From positions 1-64,000 of the IMG/VR virus record IMGVR_UViG_3300037483_000793: DNA of 64,000 nt. One strand, 5' to 3'. This DNA comes from a virus. Positions 9,284-19,512 of this stretch are shown piece by piece (within the stretch, counting starts at the first letter, position 1; each line of letters begins with the position of its first letter). Below the pieces are notes generated by a model. The model worked only from the letters and a program-made list of their open reading frames with translations, was not told the DNA's origin and made no database searches. The translations under genes and the position numbers were made by a program.

Positions 9284-11668
9284 ATGATCGAACCCGTTCT
9301 GACCGACATCTCCCAGAAGATCCTCGCCACGCGGTACCTGATCCGCAACGAACACCAAGAAATCATCGAGACACCCAAGGCGCTGTTCCAGCGCGTTGCC
9401 GGTTTCCTCGCGGGTGCTGAATCAACACCACACGACTACGACAAGTGGGAGGCAATCTTCTACCGGTTGATGGCGTCGTGCGAGTTCGAGCCGAACACGC
9501 CGTGTCTCGTCAACGCAGGGCGCCCCGACGGAACGGGGCAGCTCAGCGCGTGCTTCGTAATTCCCGTCGCCGACTCGATGGATGGCATCTTCACCGCGAT
9601 GCGCCACATGGCGCTCGTTCAGAAGACCGGCGGCGGCACCGGCTTCTCGTTCTCGCGGCTACGGCCAGAAGGCGACTTCGTCGCCAGCACGTCTGGCATT
9701 GCGTCTGGGCCGTGCTCGTTCATGGAGGTGTTCGACTTCGCCACCGAGCGCATCAAGCAGGGCGGCGTACGTCGCGGTGCCAACATGGGCATCCTGCGCG
9801 TCGATCACCCGGACATCCTCAAGTTCATCAAGCTCAAGCTCGATGCGACGAAGATGCAGAACTTCAACGTGTCGGTAGCGATCACCGACGCGTTTATGCT
9901 CGCGCTGGAAAGTGGCAAGGACTACGACTTGCTGCACCCGGTGAACGGCAACGTCGTCGGGCAGCTCAACTCGCGCACGGTATGGAACCTGATCGTCCAC
10001 TGCGCACACATGATCGGTGATCCTGGGCTGTGGTTCATCGATCGCACCAACCGCGCTGATCCGTTGACCGAGGCACTCGGTCCGATCGAAGCGACAAATC
10101 CTTGCGGCGAAGTACCACTACGTCCGTTCGATGCGTGCTGTCTCGGCTCGATCAATCTCGCGAAGTTCTACGTCGAGAAGGAAGGCAACAGCGTCCACAA
10201 GTACGGCAACGTGACGATGCGGCACGGCTCGATCGACTTCGAGCGGCTGCAGCGCACCGTCCAGCACAGCGTCCGGTTTCTGGACAACATGCTCACGGTC
10301 AACAAGTACCCGATCCCCGAGATCGCGGACGTCACCTCGAAGTGCCGCAAGATCGGCCTGGGCGTGATGGGCTGGGCAGACCTGCTGATTCAGCTCGGTC
10401 TGCCGTACGGGACACCCGAAGCGCGCGAACTGGGTAGTCACGTCATGAAGCTCACCAACACGTGGGCCATCGACGCGAGCGAGAAACTCGCCGAAGAACG
10501 TCAGCCGTTCCACCACTGGCCACAGTCGAAGTGGGCCAAGCGCGGCGACAAGCCGCGCCGCCACGCGACCGTCACGGTCATCGCACCGACGGGTACCATC
10601 AGCATGATCGCAGGCTGCAGCTCGGGTGTCGAACCCGGGTACGCGCTGTCGATGACGCGCGAGCAAGCAGGTCTGACGATGCTTGAAGTGAATCCGCTCG
10701 TCGAGAAGATCGCCAAGCGTGAAGGTTTCTGGAGCGACGAGCTGGCCGAGTGCGTGCGCAAGACGGGCTCGCTCAAGGACGCGCCCGGCGTACCCGATCA
10801 CTGGCGTGCGGTATTCGCGATCGCGAACGAGCTGGACGCCGAGGCACACATCGGCATGCAGTCGGTCTTCCAGCAGCACACCGAAGACGCCGTCAGCAAG
10901 ACGATCAACCTGCACAGCACCGCAACCGAGGCTGACATCGAGCGCGCCTATCTGCTCGCGTGGCAGAAGGGCTGCAAGGGCATCACGGTCTACCGTGACG
11001 GTTGCCGTTCGGGTCAGGTGCTCACGGTCGGGACGCAGAAGATCAACGCACCCACCGAAGAGGTCGCGATCGTCGAAGTGATTCCTGCACTCGTCGCTGC
11101 CACGAACAAGCGTCGCGTTCCCGAAGACGGTCGTCGTGAAGGTGTCACGCTGTCGAAGTCGACGCCGTACGGTACGGTTCACATGACCGTCAACAACCAC
11201 CCGATCGACGGCGATCCGTTCGAGCTGTTCGTACGCGTCGGCAAGAGTGGCTCCGAGGTCATGGCATGGGCCGAAGCGTTCGGTCGTGCAGTCAGCTACA
11301 CACTGGCGATCCCGTCGCCGTTCTCGCCGCGTGTGCGTCTCGAAGAGATCGCGCGCCAGCTGCACAACATCGGCGGCGGTGACGTGTGGAACGTCGGTAT
11401 GGAGCGTGTCGTGTCGGCACCGGACGCGATCTCGAAGCTGCTGCTCTCGCACCTGGGCATCGACGACGGCGTCATTCCGTCGACGTCCGTTGATTCGCCG
11501 CCGACGCAGTCACCGCTGCTTGCGGTGTCTGCAGTCGATGCACGCATGTTCCACGGTCGCGCCAAGAGCAAATCGCTCAGCGATCTGTGTCCGTCGTGCG
11601 GACAGGCAACGTTCACGTATCAGCAGCGGTGCGGGCTCTGCACCAACTGCGGCCACTCGAAGTGCTAA
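9284..11668 (+). CDS. nrdJ: class II (adenosylcobalamin-dependent) ribonucleotide reductase
   Basis: PNTPCLVNAG, LSACF, GGGTG, RRGANMG, TNPCGE, CCLGSIN, IAPTGTIS, SSGVEP; TSCPD-like domain and terminal CxxC...CxxC. Confidence 0.95.
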   Translation: MIEPVLTDISQKILATRYLIRNEHQEIIETPKALFQRVAGFLAGAESTPHDYDKWEAIFYRLMASCEFEPNTPCLVNAGRPDGTGQLSACFVIPVADSMDGIFTAMRHMALVQKTGGGTGFSFSRLRPEGDFVASTSGIASGPCSFMEVFDFATERIKQGGVRRGANMGILRVDHPDILKFIKLKLDATKMQNFNVSVAITDAFMLALESGKDYDLLHPVNGNVVGQLNSRTVWNLIVHCAHMIGDPGLWFIDRTNRADPLTEALGPIEATNPCGEVPLRPFDACCLGSINLAKFYVEKEGNSVHKYGNVTMRHGSIDFERLQRTVQHSVRFLDNMLTVNKYPIPEIADVTSKCRKIGLGVMGWADLLIQLGLPYGTPEARELGSHVMKLTNTWAIDASEKLAEERQPFHHWPQSKWAKRGDKPRRHATVTVIAPTGTISMIAGCSSGVEPGYALSMTREQAGLTMLEVNPLVEKIAKREGFWSDELAECVRKTGSLKDAPGVPDHWRAVFAIANELDAEAHIGMQSVFQQHTEDAVSKTINLHSTATEADIERAYLLAWQKGCKGITVYRDGCRSGQVLTVGTQKINAPTEEVAIVEVIPALVAATNKRRVPEDGRREGVTLSKSTPYGTVHMTVNNHPIDGDPFELFVRVGKSGSEVMAWAEAFGRAVSYTLAIPSPFSPRVRLEEIARQLHNIGGGDVWNVGMERVVSAPDAISKLLLSHLGIDDGVIPSTSVDSPPTQSPLLAVSAVDARMFHGRAKSKSLSDLCPSCGQATFTYQQRCGLCTNCGHSKC

Positions 11669-11729
11669 TGCTGAGCTGAGCCGACACCGCAGAGAGCTGT
11701 ACCACTCGTCTTTAGGGAGGCGAGCCGAC

Positions 11730-13454
11730 ATGAAGCGTGAACCATCACTAGGCGCAGACTGCGCGATCAACGTCGACAAGCTCGTCGAATCGAAGCTGCT
11801 CGTGCAAGCCAACAGCGGTGCGGGCAAGAGTTGGGCGATTCGGCGCATCATCGAGCAGACGTACGGCAAGACGCAGCAGATCGTCATCGACCACGACGGC
11901 GAGTACCACACGCTGCGCGAGAAGTTCGACTTCGTGCTCGCGGGCCAGAAGGGTGACTGCCCAGCCGACATCAAGAGCGCAGCGTTACTCGCGCGTCGGC
12001 TCCTGGAACTGAACGTGTCGGCGATCATCGACATCTACGAGCTGGGCACGCAACGCGCCGAGTTCGTCAAGCGCTTTCTCGATTCGCTCGTCAATGCGCC
12101 ACGCGACCTGTGGCACTCGTGTCTCGTCATCCTCGACGAAGCACATCTCTACTGCCCCGAGAAGGGCAGCGCGGTCAGCGCTGACGCCGTCAAGAATCTG
12201 ATGGCGCTTGGGCGCAAGCGCGGGTTCTCTGGCGTGCTTGCGACACAGCGGATCGCCAAGCTCGACAAAGATGCCGCTGCCGAGTGCAATTCGAAGTTGA
12301 TCGGCCGGTCCGCGCTCGACGTCGACATGAAGCGCGCAGCCGACGAACTTGGCTTCACGTCTCGCGAGGACACACGCTCACTGCGTACGCTCAAGGCCGG
12401 ACAGTTCTACGCGTTCGGGCCTGCGTTCACCGACGAGGTCAAGCTGGTCCAGGTTGGGGGTGTCCAGACTACGCACCTGCGTGCCGGGCAACGCGCGGCA
12501 CCGTCAACACCGCCCCGCGACAAGGTCAAGAAGATCCTCGCGCAGTTGGCTGACCTGCCACACGAGGCCGAGCAGGAAGCCAAGACGGTCAGCGAGCTGC
12601 AGCTGCAAGTGAAGCAGCTACGCGGTGAGTTGAAGAAGGCGGTCGCAGCGCAGCCTGAACCCGTCGAGAAGATCATCGAGAAGCCGGTGATCACTGACAA
12701 GCAGATCGTGCGGCTCGAACATCTGCTTCACAAGGCTGATGCGTTCGGCAGCAAGACGATCGACGCACTTCACGTGCTGGGTGCCGAGCTGAACGCTTTC
12801 AAGAATGTTTGGCTGCCTGCCATGAAGAGCCCGCTCAAGCTCACGCCATCGAACGGTGTCCGTCCGATTGATCCGACGATCCGTGCCGCGGCACAGGCCG
12901 TGCGTGATCGTGCGCGTTCGGTGCCCGAAGAGAAATCGTGGTCCAAGGGCGATCCGCTGCACCATGCGTACGTCTCGCACCCACCTGATAGCGAGCTGCC
13001 GCAGGGCGAGCAAGCGATCCTACGCGCGCTGATCCAGTTTCCAGACGGACTGCGCCGTGAGCAGCTGAGCGTTCTGACCAGCTACAAGACCAGCACGCGC
13101 AACGCGTACATCGCGCGGCTGACCGCAAAAGGTTTCGTCGACGCGAATCTCGTGCTCGTGTTTGCAACGGACGCGGGCCGTGCAGCACTGCCAAACGCGG
13201 CACCGCTGCCGACGGGCGAAGCGTTGCGGGACTTCTGGTACCGCGAGCTACCGGACGGCGAGTGCGCAGTGCTCAAAGAACTCGTCCGCGTGTATCCTGA
13301 TACGGCCAGTCGATCATCGATCAGTGACGAGACCGGCTACAAGACCAGCACGCGCAACGCCTATCTCTCGCGTCTCCGCGCCAAGCAGCTCATCGTTGAA
13401 GTGAACCGCGAAGATGTCCGCGCGAACCAGACGTTGTTCGAGGTCGATGCGTGA
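11730..13454 (+). CDS. HerA/FtsK-like (DUF87/DUF853-type) ATPase with duplicated C-terminal winged-helix
   Basis: QANSGAGKS, VILDEAH, GRKRG, LATQR; RBS GGGAGG before ATG 11730. Confidence 0.8.
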   Translation: MKREPSLGADCAINVDKLVESKLLVQANSGAGKSWAIRRIIEQTYGKTQQIVIDHDGEYHTLREKFDFVLAGQKGDCPADIKSAALLARRLLELNVSAIIDIYELGTQRAEFVKRFLDSLVNAPRDLWHSCLVILDEAHLYCPEKGSAVSADAVKNLMALGRKRGFSGVLATQRIAKLDKDAAAECNSKLIGRSALDVDMKRAADELGFTSREDTRSLRTLKAGQFYAFGPAFTDEVKLVQVGGVQTTHLRAGQRAAPSTPPRDKVKKILAQLADLPHEAEQEAKTVSELQLQVKQLRGELKKAVAAQPEPVEKIIEKPVITDKQIVRLEHLLHKADAFGSKTIDALHVLGAELNAFKNVWLPAMKSPLKLTPSNGVRPIDPTIRAAAQAVRDRARSVPEEKSWSKGDPLHHAYVSHPPDSELPQGEQAILRALIQFPDGLRREQLSVLTSYKTSTRNAYIARLTAKGFVDANLVLVFATDAGRAALPNAAPLPTGEALRDFWYRELPDGECAVLKELVRVYPDTASRSSISDETGYKTSTRNAYLSRLRAKQLIVEVNREDVRANQTLFEVDA

Positions 13455-13615
13455 AGGCGCCGATCAACGACAAGACCAGCGTGCTCGAAACGCTGCGCGT
13501 CCGGTTGCGTGTCGCGGAGTCGCATCTGCAGTACCGCACCACGCGTACCGTCGCTGAGATCGCCGTCCAGAATCTCCGTGAAGCGATCCGTTTCATCGAG
13601 GAGCACGCCGAGTGA
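13451..13615 (+). CDS. small hypothetical protein (54 aa)
   Basis: GTGA overlaps at both ends; found by manual translation. Confidence 0.6.
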   Translation: MKAPINDKTSVLETLRVRLRVAESHLQYRTTRTVAEIAVQNLREAIRFIEEHAE

Positions 13616-14028
13616 CATCGAGCGCTCTGACCGAAGCTGTTGGCCTACTCGCGTTCGCGACGAACGTCTGGGCCAACATTCTCATCGCACGTAAGAGCGA
13701 GACCGGCTGGATCATTCGGCTCGTCAGCAACGTGTTCTGGCTCGCGTTCGGTATCATCGCGCTCAGCATCGCCAACATGCTCAATGCTGTAACGTTCGCG
13801 GCAATCAACATCTACGGACTGCGCCGCTGGCGCCGCGAAAGGCTCACCGTGCCGCCTCAGTCATCCTGCAACGATCACTACCGCATCGACTGCCGCTACT
13901 GCACGAACATCATCCGTCAGTGCCGCTGTCACATCGGAACGGACAAGCCGATCGAGCGCACCGGCATCTGCGGCATCTGCCAGCTGCAGCTTGTGGCAGC
14001 GATTGAGAAAGCAGCCAAGGCGTCGTGA
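13612..14028 (+). CDS. PnuC-like membrane protein with Cys-rich C-terminus
   Basis: Hydrophobic helices, with GW..RLVSNVFW and INIYGLRRW resembling PnuC; C-terminal CxxC/CxC motifs. Confidence 0.5.
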   Translation: MTSSALTEAVGLLAFATNVWANILIARKSETGWIIRLVSNVFWLAFGIIALSIANMLNAVTFAAINIYGLRRWRRERLTVPPQSSCNDHYRIDCRYCTNIIRQCRCHIGTDKPIERTGICGICQLQLVAAIEKAAKAS

Positions 14029-16643
14029 CACAGACGGCTGAAGTTCAACAGGCGCCCGTAGAAGAAGTCTACGAACCGCCGCTGACGATCCGTGGAACGA
14101 CCGTCGGTGCACAGTGCCCGACGTGTCCGTTCGCATCGATGGGTAAGCCGCGCAGCCCTGTTGTCGCGGAAGGACCCGAGCGTCCGATCTGGATCATCGT
14201 CGGTGAAGGTCCCGGTCAGAACGAGGTGATTCAGGGCCGTCCGTTCGTCGGACAGTCTGGTCGCATGGTCGTCGATGCGCTGGTGAAGATCCGCACACGC
14301 CGTGAGTCGATCTGGATCACCAACGCGACGCTGTGTCAGCCGCCAAGCGGCGCGACCGACACCCAGAAGAAAGAGGCCAGGCGCTGCTGTGCACCGCGGC
14401 TCCAGCAGGAACTGGCGCAGTACCCGGGCCGTCCCGTCGCGGCGCTCGGCGCGATTGCGGCGCAGGGCTTCTGCGGCGAAAAGTTCTCGATCACGCAGAT
14501 GGCGGGCGCGTATCACGAAGTCGACTTCGACGGTACTGGCAAGCGCGCTGTCATCCCGACCACGCACCCGGCAGCGATTCTTCGTGGTGGAACCGGCGGT
14601 GGCGGTGGCGCACACACGAGCGACCTCGGTTTCTGGTCGCTGCTCTACGACCTGCAGAAGGTCAACCTGCTCGCGCGCAACGTCGACATCAAGTTCACCG
14701 ACGACATCGAGTACGAGACCGCTGATCCGGCCCGTGGCGAAAAGCTCGTCGAAGGGATCGTCAACGAGATCCGCGTCGCGCGCGCGTTCGCTTGTGACAC
14801 CGAGACCTACGTCGACGATCCGAAGCAGCACTCCGCGCTGCAGGCCGCGCACGCCAAGCTCAACGCGATCGGTCTTGCGACGATCGAACGTGCCGTCAGC
14901 GTCGCGTGGCAGATCCTGACCCCGCGCGCGAAGCGCTTGATCGGTTCGGTGCTCGCCGATAGCAGCATCAGCAAGACGTTCCACAACGGCCTGTACGACG
15001 TGCCGGTGCTCAACCGTCACGGCTTCCAGGTCAACGGTCCGCGCCAGGACACACTACTGCTTCACCACAGCGCGTTTCCGGGTCTGCCACATGACCTGCA
15101 GCGCGTGACGACGCAGTTCTATGCGATCACGCCATGGAAGGCCGAGTACCGGCACGGACAGGGCACGCTCGAAGAGTTGTTGCCCTACAACGCGCGCGAC
15201 ACGCTCGCGACCGCACGCATCGAAGCGCCACTGACAATCGCGATCAAGCGGTCCAACGCCGAGAAGACGTACGAGGTCGACATGGCGATGGCACGCGCCG
15301 CCGCCATCATGCACGTCAAGGGCGTCCCGATCGATCGTGCGACCAACGAGCAGCTTCGTACCGGTTTCAAGACGCACATCGATCGCACGCGCGGTGAGTT
15401 GGTCGGCAAGGTCTTTGATCCGGGCGTGCATGATCGTTTCAAGGAGCGCCTCGCGTTCGAGCAGTCGCGCCGCGCACGTAAGAACGACCCACTCGACCTC
15501 GATGAGCGCATCAACAAGCGCATCGCCGAGATGGAGAATCCGAAGAAGCCGTTCAAGTTCATGCTCGACTCCGGTGATCACGTCGTCGCGTTCTTGAAGG
15601 CCTGCGGTGTTCCGCTGTCGATCCAGACCGCGAGTGGTCGCATCTCGACGAAGAAAGACATTCTGGAGAGCTTCGCGCACTACCCCGAGGTGCGAACGCT
15701 CCTGACCTACCGCGAGAACGCGAAGCTGCTCAACACGTTCGTCGAGCGCCTATTCACGCGTGACTACGGCAACGGCAAGATCGTCTACGGGTTTGCCGAC
15801 GCGTACGATCGTGTTCACCCGCGTTGGAGTGTCCACAAGATCACCGGCCGTTGGGGATCTGAAGCACCGGGCAGCCAGAACTGGCCCAAGGCCGACAAGA
15901 AGAAGGGCCGCCCGAACCTGCGTAGCCAGGTCATCGCACGGCCAGGTCGCGCGCTCGTCGCGTTCGACGCCAAGCAACTCGAAGCACGCATCATCGCGCT
16001 GCTGTCGGCCGATCCGTTCCTGCTCGACATTTTCAACAACGACAAGGACATTCACAGCGAGTTCGCCCGCATCGTATGGCCGGACTTCGACCTGCGCCCC
16101 GTCGACGAGCGCAAAGTTCTCCGCGACATGATCAAGCGTCCCGAGTACGGCGCGTTCTACGGCGGCGCCGTCGACACGCTGTGGAAGGCCGTCGTCCGCG
16201 ACTACCCGAACGTGACCATCACGATGATCGGCAAGATGGTCGCGACGATGAAAGTCAAGATGCCTGCCGTCACGGCATGGCACCAGCGCATGATGCGCGT
16301 CGCTGACGAAGTCGGTGAGGTCCGCAGCGCGATTCTCGGTCGCCGTCGCTGTTTCCCGCTCAAGCAGTTCGAGCTGTCCGAGGTCGTCAACTTCCCGGTC
16401 CAGTCGACCGGCGCCGACATCATCAACCTGGGCCTCATGGACATCATGCCGCGGCTACCGGCCGACGCATTCCCGATCCTGCAGATCCACGACGCCGTCG
16501 TGTTCGAGTGCGACGAGGACGATCAAGACATGATGAAGAAGCTCGTCATCCAGAGCTTCACGCGTGAAGTCACGCACGAGGGCATCACGGTGAATTTCCC
16601 CGTCGACGCCAAGAGCGGTAAGAGCTGGGCAGAGGTGAACTGA
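14025..16643 (+). CDS. polA: family A DNA polymerase with N-terminal family-4 uracil-DNA glycosylase and 3'-5' exonuclease domains
   Basis: UDG: CPTCPF, VGEGPG, GRPFVG, HPAAILR. Exonuclease: CDTET, HNGLYD, YNARD. Polymerase: FDAKQLEARI, KRPEYGAFYG, QIHDA. Confidence 0.92.
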   Translation: MTQTAEVQQAPVEEVYEPPLTIRGTTVGAQCPTCPFASMGKPRSPVVAEGPERPIWIIVGEGPGQNEVIQGRPFVGQSGRMVVDALVKIRTRRESIWITNATLCQPPSGATDTQKKEARRCCAPRLQQELAQYPGRPVAALGAIAAQGFCGEKFSITQMAGAYHEVDFDGTGKRAVIPTTHPAAILRGGTGGGGGAHTSDLGFWSLLYDLQKVNLLARNVDIKFTDDIEYETADPARGEKLVEGIVNEIRVARAFACDTETYVDDPKQHSALQAAHAKLNAIGLATIERAVSVAWQILTPRAKRLIGSVLADSSISKTFHNGLYDVPVLNRHGFQVNGPRQDTLLLHHSAFPGLPHDLQRVTTQFYAITPWKAEYRHGQGTLEELLPYNARDTLATARIEAPLTIAIKRSNAEKTYEVDMAMARAAAIMHVKGVPIDRATNEQLRTGFKTHIDRTRGELVGKVFDPGVHDRFKERLAFEQSRRARKNDPLDLDERINKRIAEMENPKKPFKFMLDSGDHVVAFLKACGVPLSIQTASGRISTKKDILESFAHYPEVRTLLTYRENAKLLNTFVERLFTRDYGNGKIVYGFADAYDRVHPRWSVHKITGRWGSEAPGSQNWPKADKKKGRPNLRSQVIARPGRALVAFDAKQLEARIIALLSADPFLLDIFNNDKDIHSEFARIVWPDFDLRPVDERKVLRDMIKRPEYGAFYGGAVDTLWKAVVRDYPNVTITMIGKMVATMKVKMPAVTAWHQRMMRVADEVGEVRSAILGRRRCFPLKQFELSEVVNFPVQSTGADIINLGLMDIMPRLPADAFPILQIHDAVVFECDEDDQDMMKKLVIQSFTREVTHEGITVNFPVDAKSGKSWAEVN

Positions 16644-17275
16644 TGCCGCCAGTTCCACGTCCACTCGTTGTTCCGTTCTCGGCTATCGACTGTGATAACG
16701 CCACCAAGTGGGCCAAGCTCGCTGAACGTGGCGGCCTTTCAAGTGTCCGTGACGCAGCGGAGCGTGCCGGGACGTTGCCAAACGACCAACTCGCGGGGCA
16801 GCTCGCGGGTATGGCAGGCTGCCGTTGGCTGACCGGCAACCTCGACGCGTATCGTTTGGCGCGTGCGTACGCGCTCGAACAAGGTAGCGGCACGCATGCA
16901 ACGCCTGTTCGTGGATCGGACACGTCATTCAAAGGCACGTTCATTCGCACTCCACAGGCGCTCTGGAAGTACACGTTATCGATCGCACCCACAGAAACAC
17001 GCACAGGTTGGGCGTACGTGCTCGTCCTCATGCCCAACTTGCCGCGTCCGTTAATTCCTGGGTGTCCCACGTTTGCGCTCCTGATGGGCTACGCACCGCT
17101 CACACTATTTCCAGACACAGTTGCAGGTGGCGGCACGTTCAAGGGCAAGTACACGCTGCAGGTGACACGGCTGACACCATGTTTGCCGCGTAACGGCGTG
17201 CAGTACGCTGACGACACGCTTATTGCGGCGCTCGAAGAAGCGCTCGACATTCCACGACCGGACCGTTGGATCTAG
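16643..17275 (+). CDS. hypothetical protein
   Basis: TGATG overlap with polA; no recognised motif. Confidence 0.6.
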   Translation: MPPVPRPLVVPFSAIDCDNATKWAKLAERGGLSSVRDAAERAGTLPNDQLAGQLAGMAGCRWLTGNLDAYRLARAYALEQGSGTHATPVRGSDTSFKGTFIRTPQALWKYTLSIAPTETRTGWAYVLVLMPNLPRPLIPGCPTFALLMGYAPLTLFPDTVAGGGTFKGKYTLQVTRLTPCLPRNGVQYADDTLIAALEEALDIPRPDRWI

Positions 17276-17284
17276 GGGAACAAC

Positions 17285-19270
17285 ATGAACGACCAACAGC
17301 ACAAGCACATGATCGAACACCTGTTCGACGATCACACGGGCGCGCTCGCTCGCGTAATCCCGAACTACGCGCGGCGCGAAGGCCAGGTGCAGCTGGCCCG
17401 CGATGTCTGGGACACGGCGTGCCGTGGCGGCATCCTGCTCGCTGAGGGCCCGACCGGCGTCGGCAAGTCGTTCGCGTACGCGATCCCGGCGATCCTGCGC
17501 GCGATCGCAACCGGAACACCGTCGTTGATCGTCACCGCCAACAAGGCGCTGCAGGATCAGCTCGCCGAGAAAGATCTGCCACTGCTCGCCGACATCCTGA
17601 AAGACACAGTCGCCGAGAACTTCCGGTTCAAGCTGCTCAAGGGTCGCTCGAACTACATCTGCCAGCGCGAGCTGATGCTGCGCGAGACCCGCAGCCTCAA
17701 CTGGCCGAGCGGCTGTGAATCCGAAGGTGACGCACTCGCCGCATGGGTGGCTGCGCCACCGTGTTCTGGCGATCGTAACGACGCGCCGATCGTCAGCGAT
17801 CAGACCTGGCGTACGGTTTCGATCTCGGGTGACGACTGCGACCACAACGCGTGCGTGAACTACCAGACGTGCTTCGCCGAGCGTGCGGCCGACGATGCCG
17901 ATCGCGCGCACGTCGTGGTCGTCAACTACGACCTGTTCTACGCCAAGCTGATGCACAGCAACGACCCGTTCTGGAACAAGTTCGGGTTTGTCGTGTTCGA
18001 CGAGGCACACGAAGCGGCCGCGATCGCGCGTCGCTGCTTCGGGACGGAGATCAACGAGTGGGGCGTGCGGCGCCTCGCGACGGCGCTCAGTGACAAGCTC
18101 GGCGAGCGTGACCTTGCGCGTACGCTCCGTGGCGTAGCCGCACCTGTGTTCGAAAAGATTGCCGACTACGCGATCCAGAACCGCGGCGGTCGCATGCAAG
18201 AACCTGGATTCGTCAACGTCGACGATCTCGTTGACACGCTCCGTGAGGTCGTCACGGTTGCTGCGGGTAGTTGTGGTGGCTGTGTTGAGGGTGAAGCCTG
18301 CGCAGCGTGCATGAGCCGCACAAAAGTTGCCGAGCGTGCCGCCGAGATGGCAACAGCCGTGCGCGAGTTCGTCGATCAGACCGACGACATGACGGCGTAC
18401 TGGCTCGATCGCCCGATGGACATGCAGCGCGTGACCGGCGCGACCGTCAAGCTCTGCGCAGCGCCGTACCACGTCGGCGAGAAACTGCGCAGGACGGTGT
18501 TCGAGCGCTATGGATCGGTCGTCTGTGTGTCGGCGACGCTTGCGGCCGGTGGTGGCTTTGACTTCATTCGCGGTGAGCTGGGCCTGAACGAGCCCTTGAT
18601 GACAGCCAAGACGCGCGTGCTGAAAGTCGCCAGCCCGTTCGACTACGCCAAGCAAGCCAAGTTCGTCATCCCGCTCGGTATCCCGTTCCCGACAGCCGAG
18701 AACGAAGCGATCTTCGACGTGGCAGCAGCCAAGGCGCTTGTTCAGATCATTCAAGAGTGCAAGGGCCGCACGCTTGCGTTGTTCACGTCGTGGCGGCGCC
18801 TCAAGTACATCGCCGATCAGATCCGTGACCAGATCGACTACCCGTTGCTCGTGCAAGGCGACGCACCGAACAAGATGCTCGCGCAGATGTTCCGTCAGCA
18901 GACGGACAGTGTTCTGCTCGCGACGCGCAGTTTCTGGATGGGCCTCGACATCTCAGGCGAGTCGCTGTCGTGCCTGGTGATCGACAAGCTGCCGTTCGAG
19001 AGCTTCGCCGATCCGTTCGTCGACATGATGAAGGAGAAGCACCCAGACACGTTCTATGATGACTTCTACGTGCCGCGTGCGGCGATCTCGCTCGCGCAAG
19101 GCGCGGGTCGCCTCATCCGTAGCATGAGCGACTACGGCGTGTTCGTGCTGCTCGACCAACGCATCAAGGCCAAACGCTACGGTCGTCAGTTTCTCGCGAG
19201 TTTGCCGTTCAAAGGCTACTCGCAGGATCTTGCCGATGCCGGTAAGTTCCTCGCGACCGTTCCTCAGTAA
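17285..19270 (+). CDS. DinG/YoaA-family ATP-dependent helicase
   Basis: EGPTGVGKS, LKGRSNYIC, Fe-S cysteines, FDEAH, SATL, ALFTS, GLD, QGAGRLIRS. Confidence 0.92.
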   Translation: MNDQQHKHMIEHLFDDHTGALARVIPNYARREGQVQLARDVWDTACRGGILLAEGPTGVGKSFAYAIPAILRAIATGTPSLIVTANKALQDQLAEKDLPLLADILKDTVAENFRFKLLKGRSNYICQRELMLRETRSLNWPSGCESEGDALAAWVAAPPCSGDRNDAPIVSDQTWRTVSISGDDCDHNACVNYQTCFAERAADDADRAHVVVVNYDLFYAKLMHSNDPFWNKFGFVVFDEAHEAAAIARRCFGTEINEWGVRRLATALSDKLGERDLARTLRGVAAPVFEKIADYAIQNRGGRMQEPGFVNVDDLVDTLREVVTVAAGSCGGCVEGEACAACMSRTKVAERAAEMATAVREFVDQTDDMTAYWLDRPMDMQRVTGATVKLCAAPYHVGEKLRRTVFERYGSVVCVSATLAAGGGFDFIRGELGLNEPLMTAKTRVLKVASPFDYAKQAKFVIPLGIPFPTAENEAIFDVAAAKALVQIIQECKGRTLALFTSWRRLKYIADQIRDQIDYPLLVQGDAPNKMLAQMFRQQTDSVLLATRSFWMGLDISGESLSCLVIDKLPFESFADPFVDMMKEKHPDTFYDDFYVPRAAISLAQGAGRLIRSMSDYGVFVLLDQRIKAKRYGRQFLASLPFKGYSQDLADAGKFLATVPQ

Positions 19271-19287
19271 CGAAAGAAGACCGCACC

Positions 19288-19512
19288 ATGCCGATGAATC
19301 CCACCAAGTACGAGTACACCCCGCCCGTTCAGATCTCTGGCGTGGCGAAGGACTTCACCTCCAAGGTCGAGATCGCGCAGAGCGCGAACGGCTGGATCGC
19401 GACGCTGCACATCTCGTCGAGCCCGTTCGACAACGCTGGGACCGCGAGCCAGCGGCTCCGCGCCGAGTTGATCCGGCTCGCCGAGGAGCTGGGTGGGCCG
19501 GTGACCAAGTGA
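19288..19512 (+). CDS. hypothetical protein
   Basis: ORF in operon; GTGA overlap with tmk. Confidence 0.65.
   Translation: MPMNPTKYEYTPPVQISGVAKDFTSKVEIAQSANGWIATLHISSSPFDNAGTASQRLRAELIRLAEELGGPVTK

Noticed and set aside
11730-13454. HerA-like ATPase as the genome-packaging ATPase
   Set aside because: It lies in the replication operon and has a long coiled-coil/wHTH tail, unlike compact A32-type packaging ATPases.
9284-16643. Inteins or introns in nrdJ or polA
   Set aside because: Lengths and motif spacing are normal, with no intein splice-junction motifs or embedded endonuclease seen.
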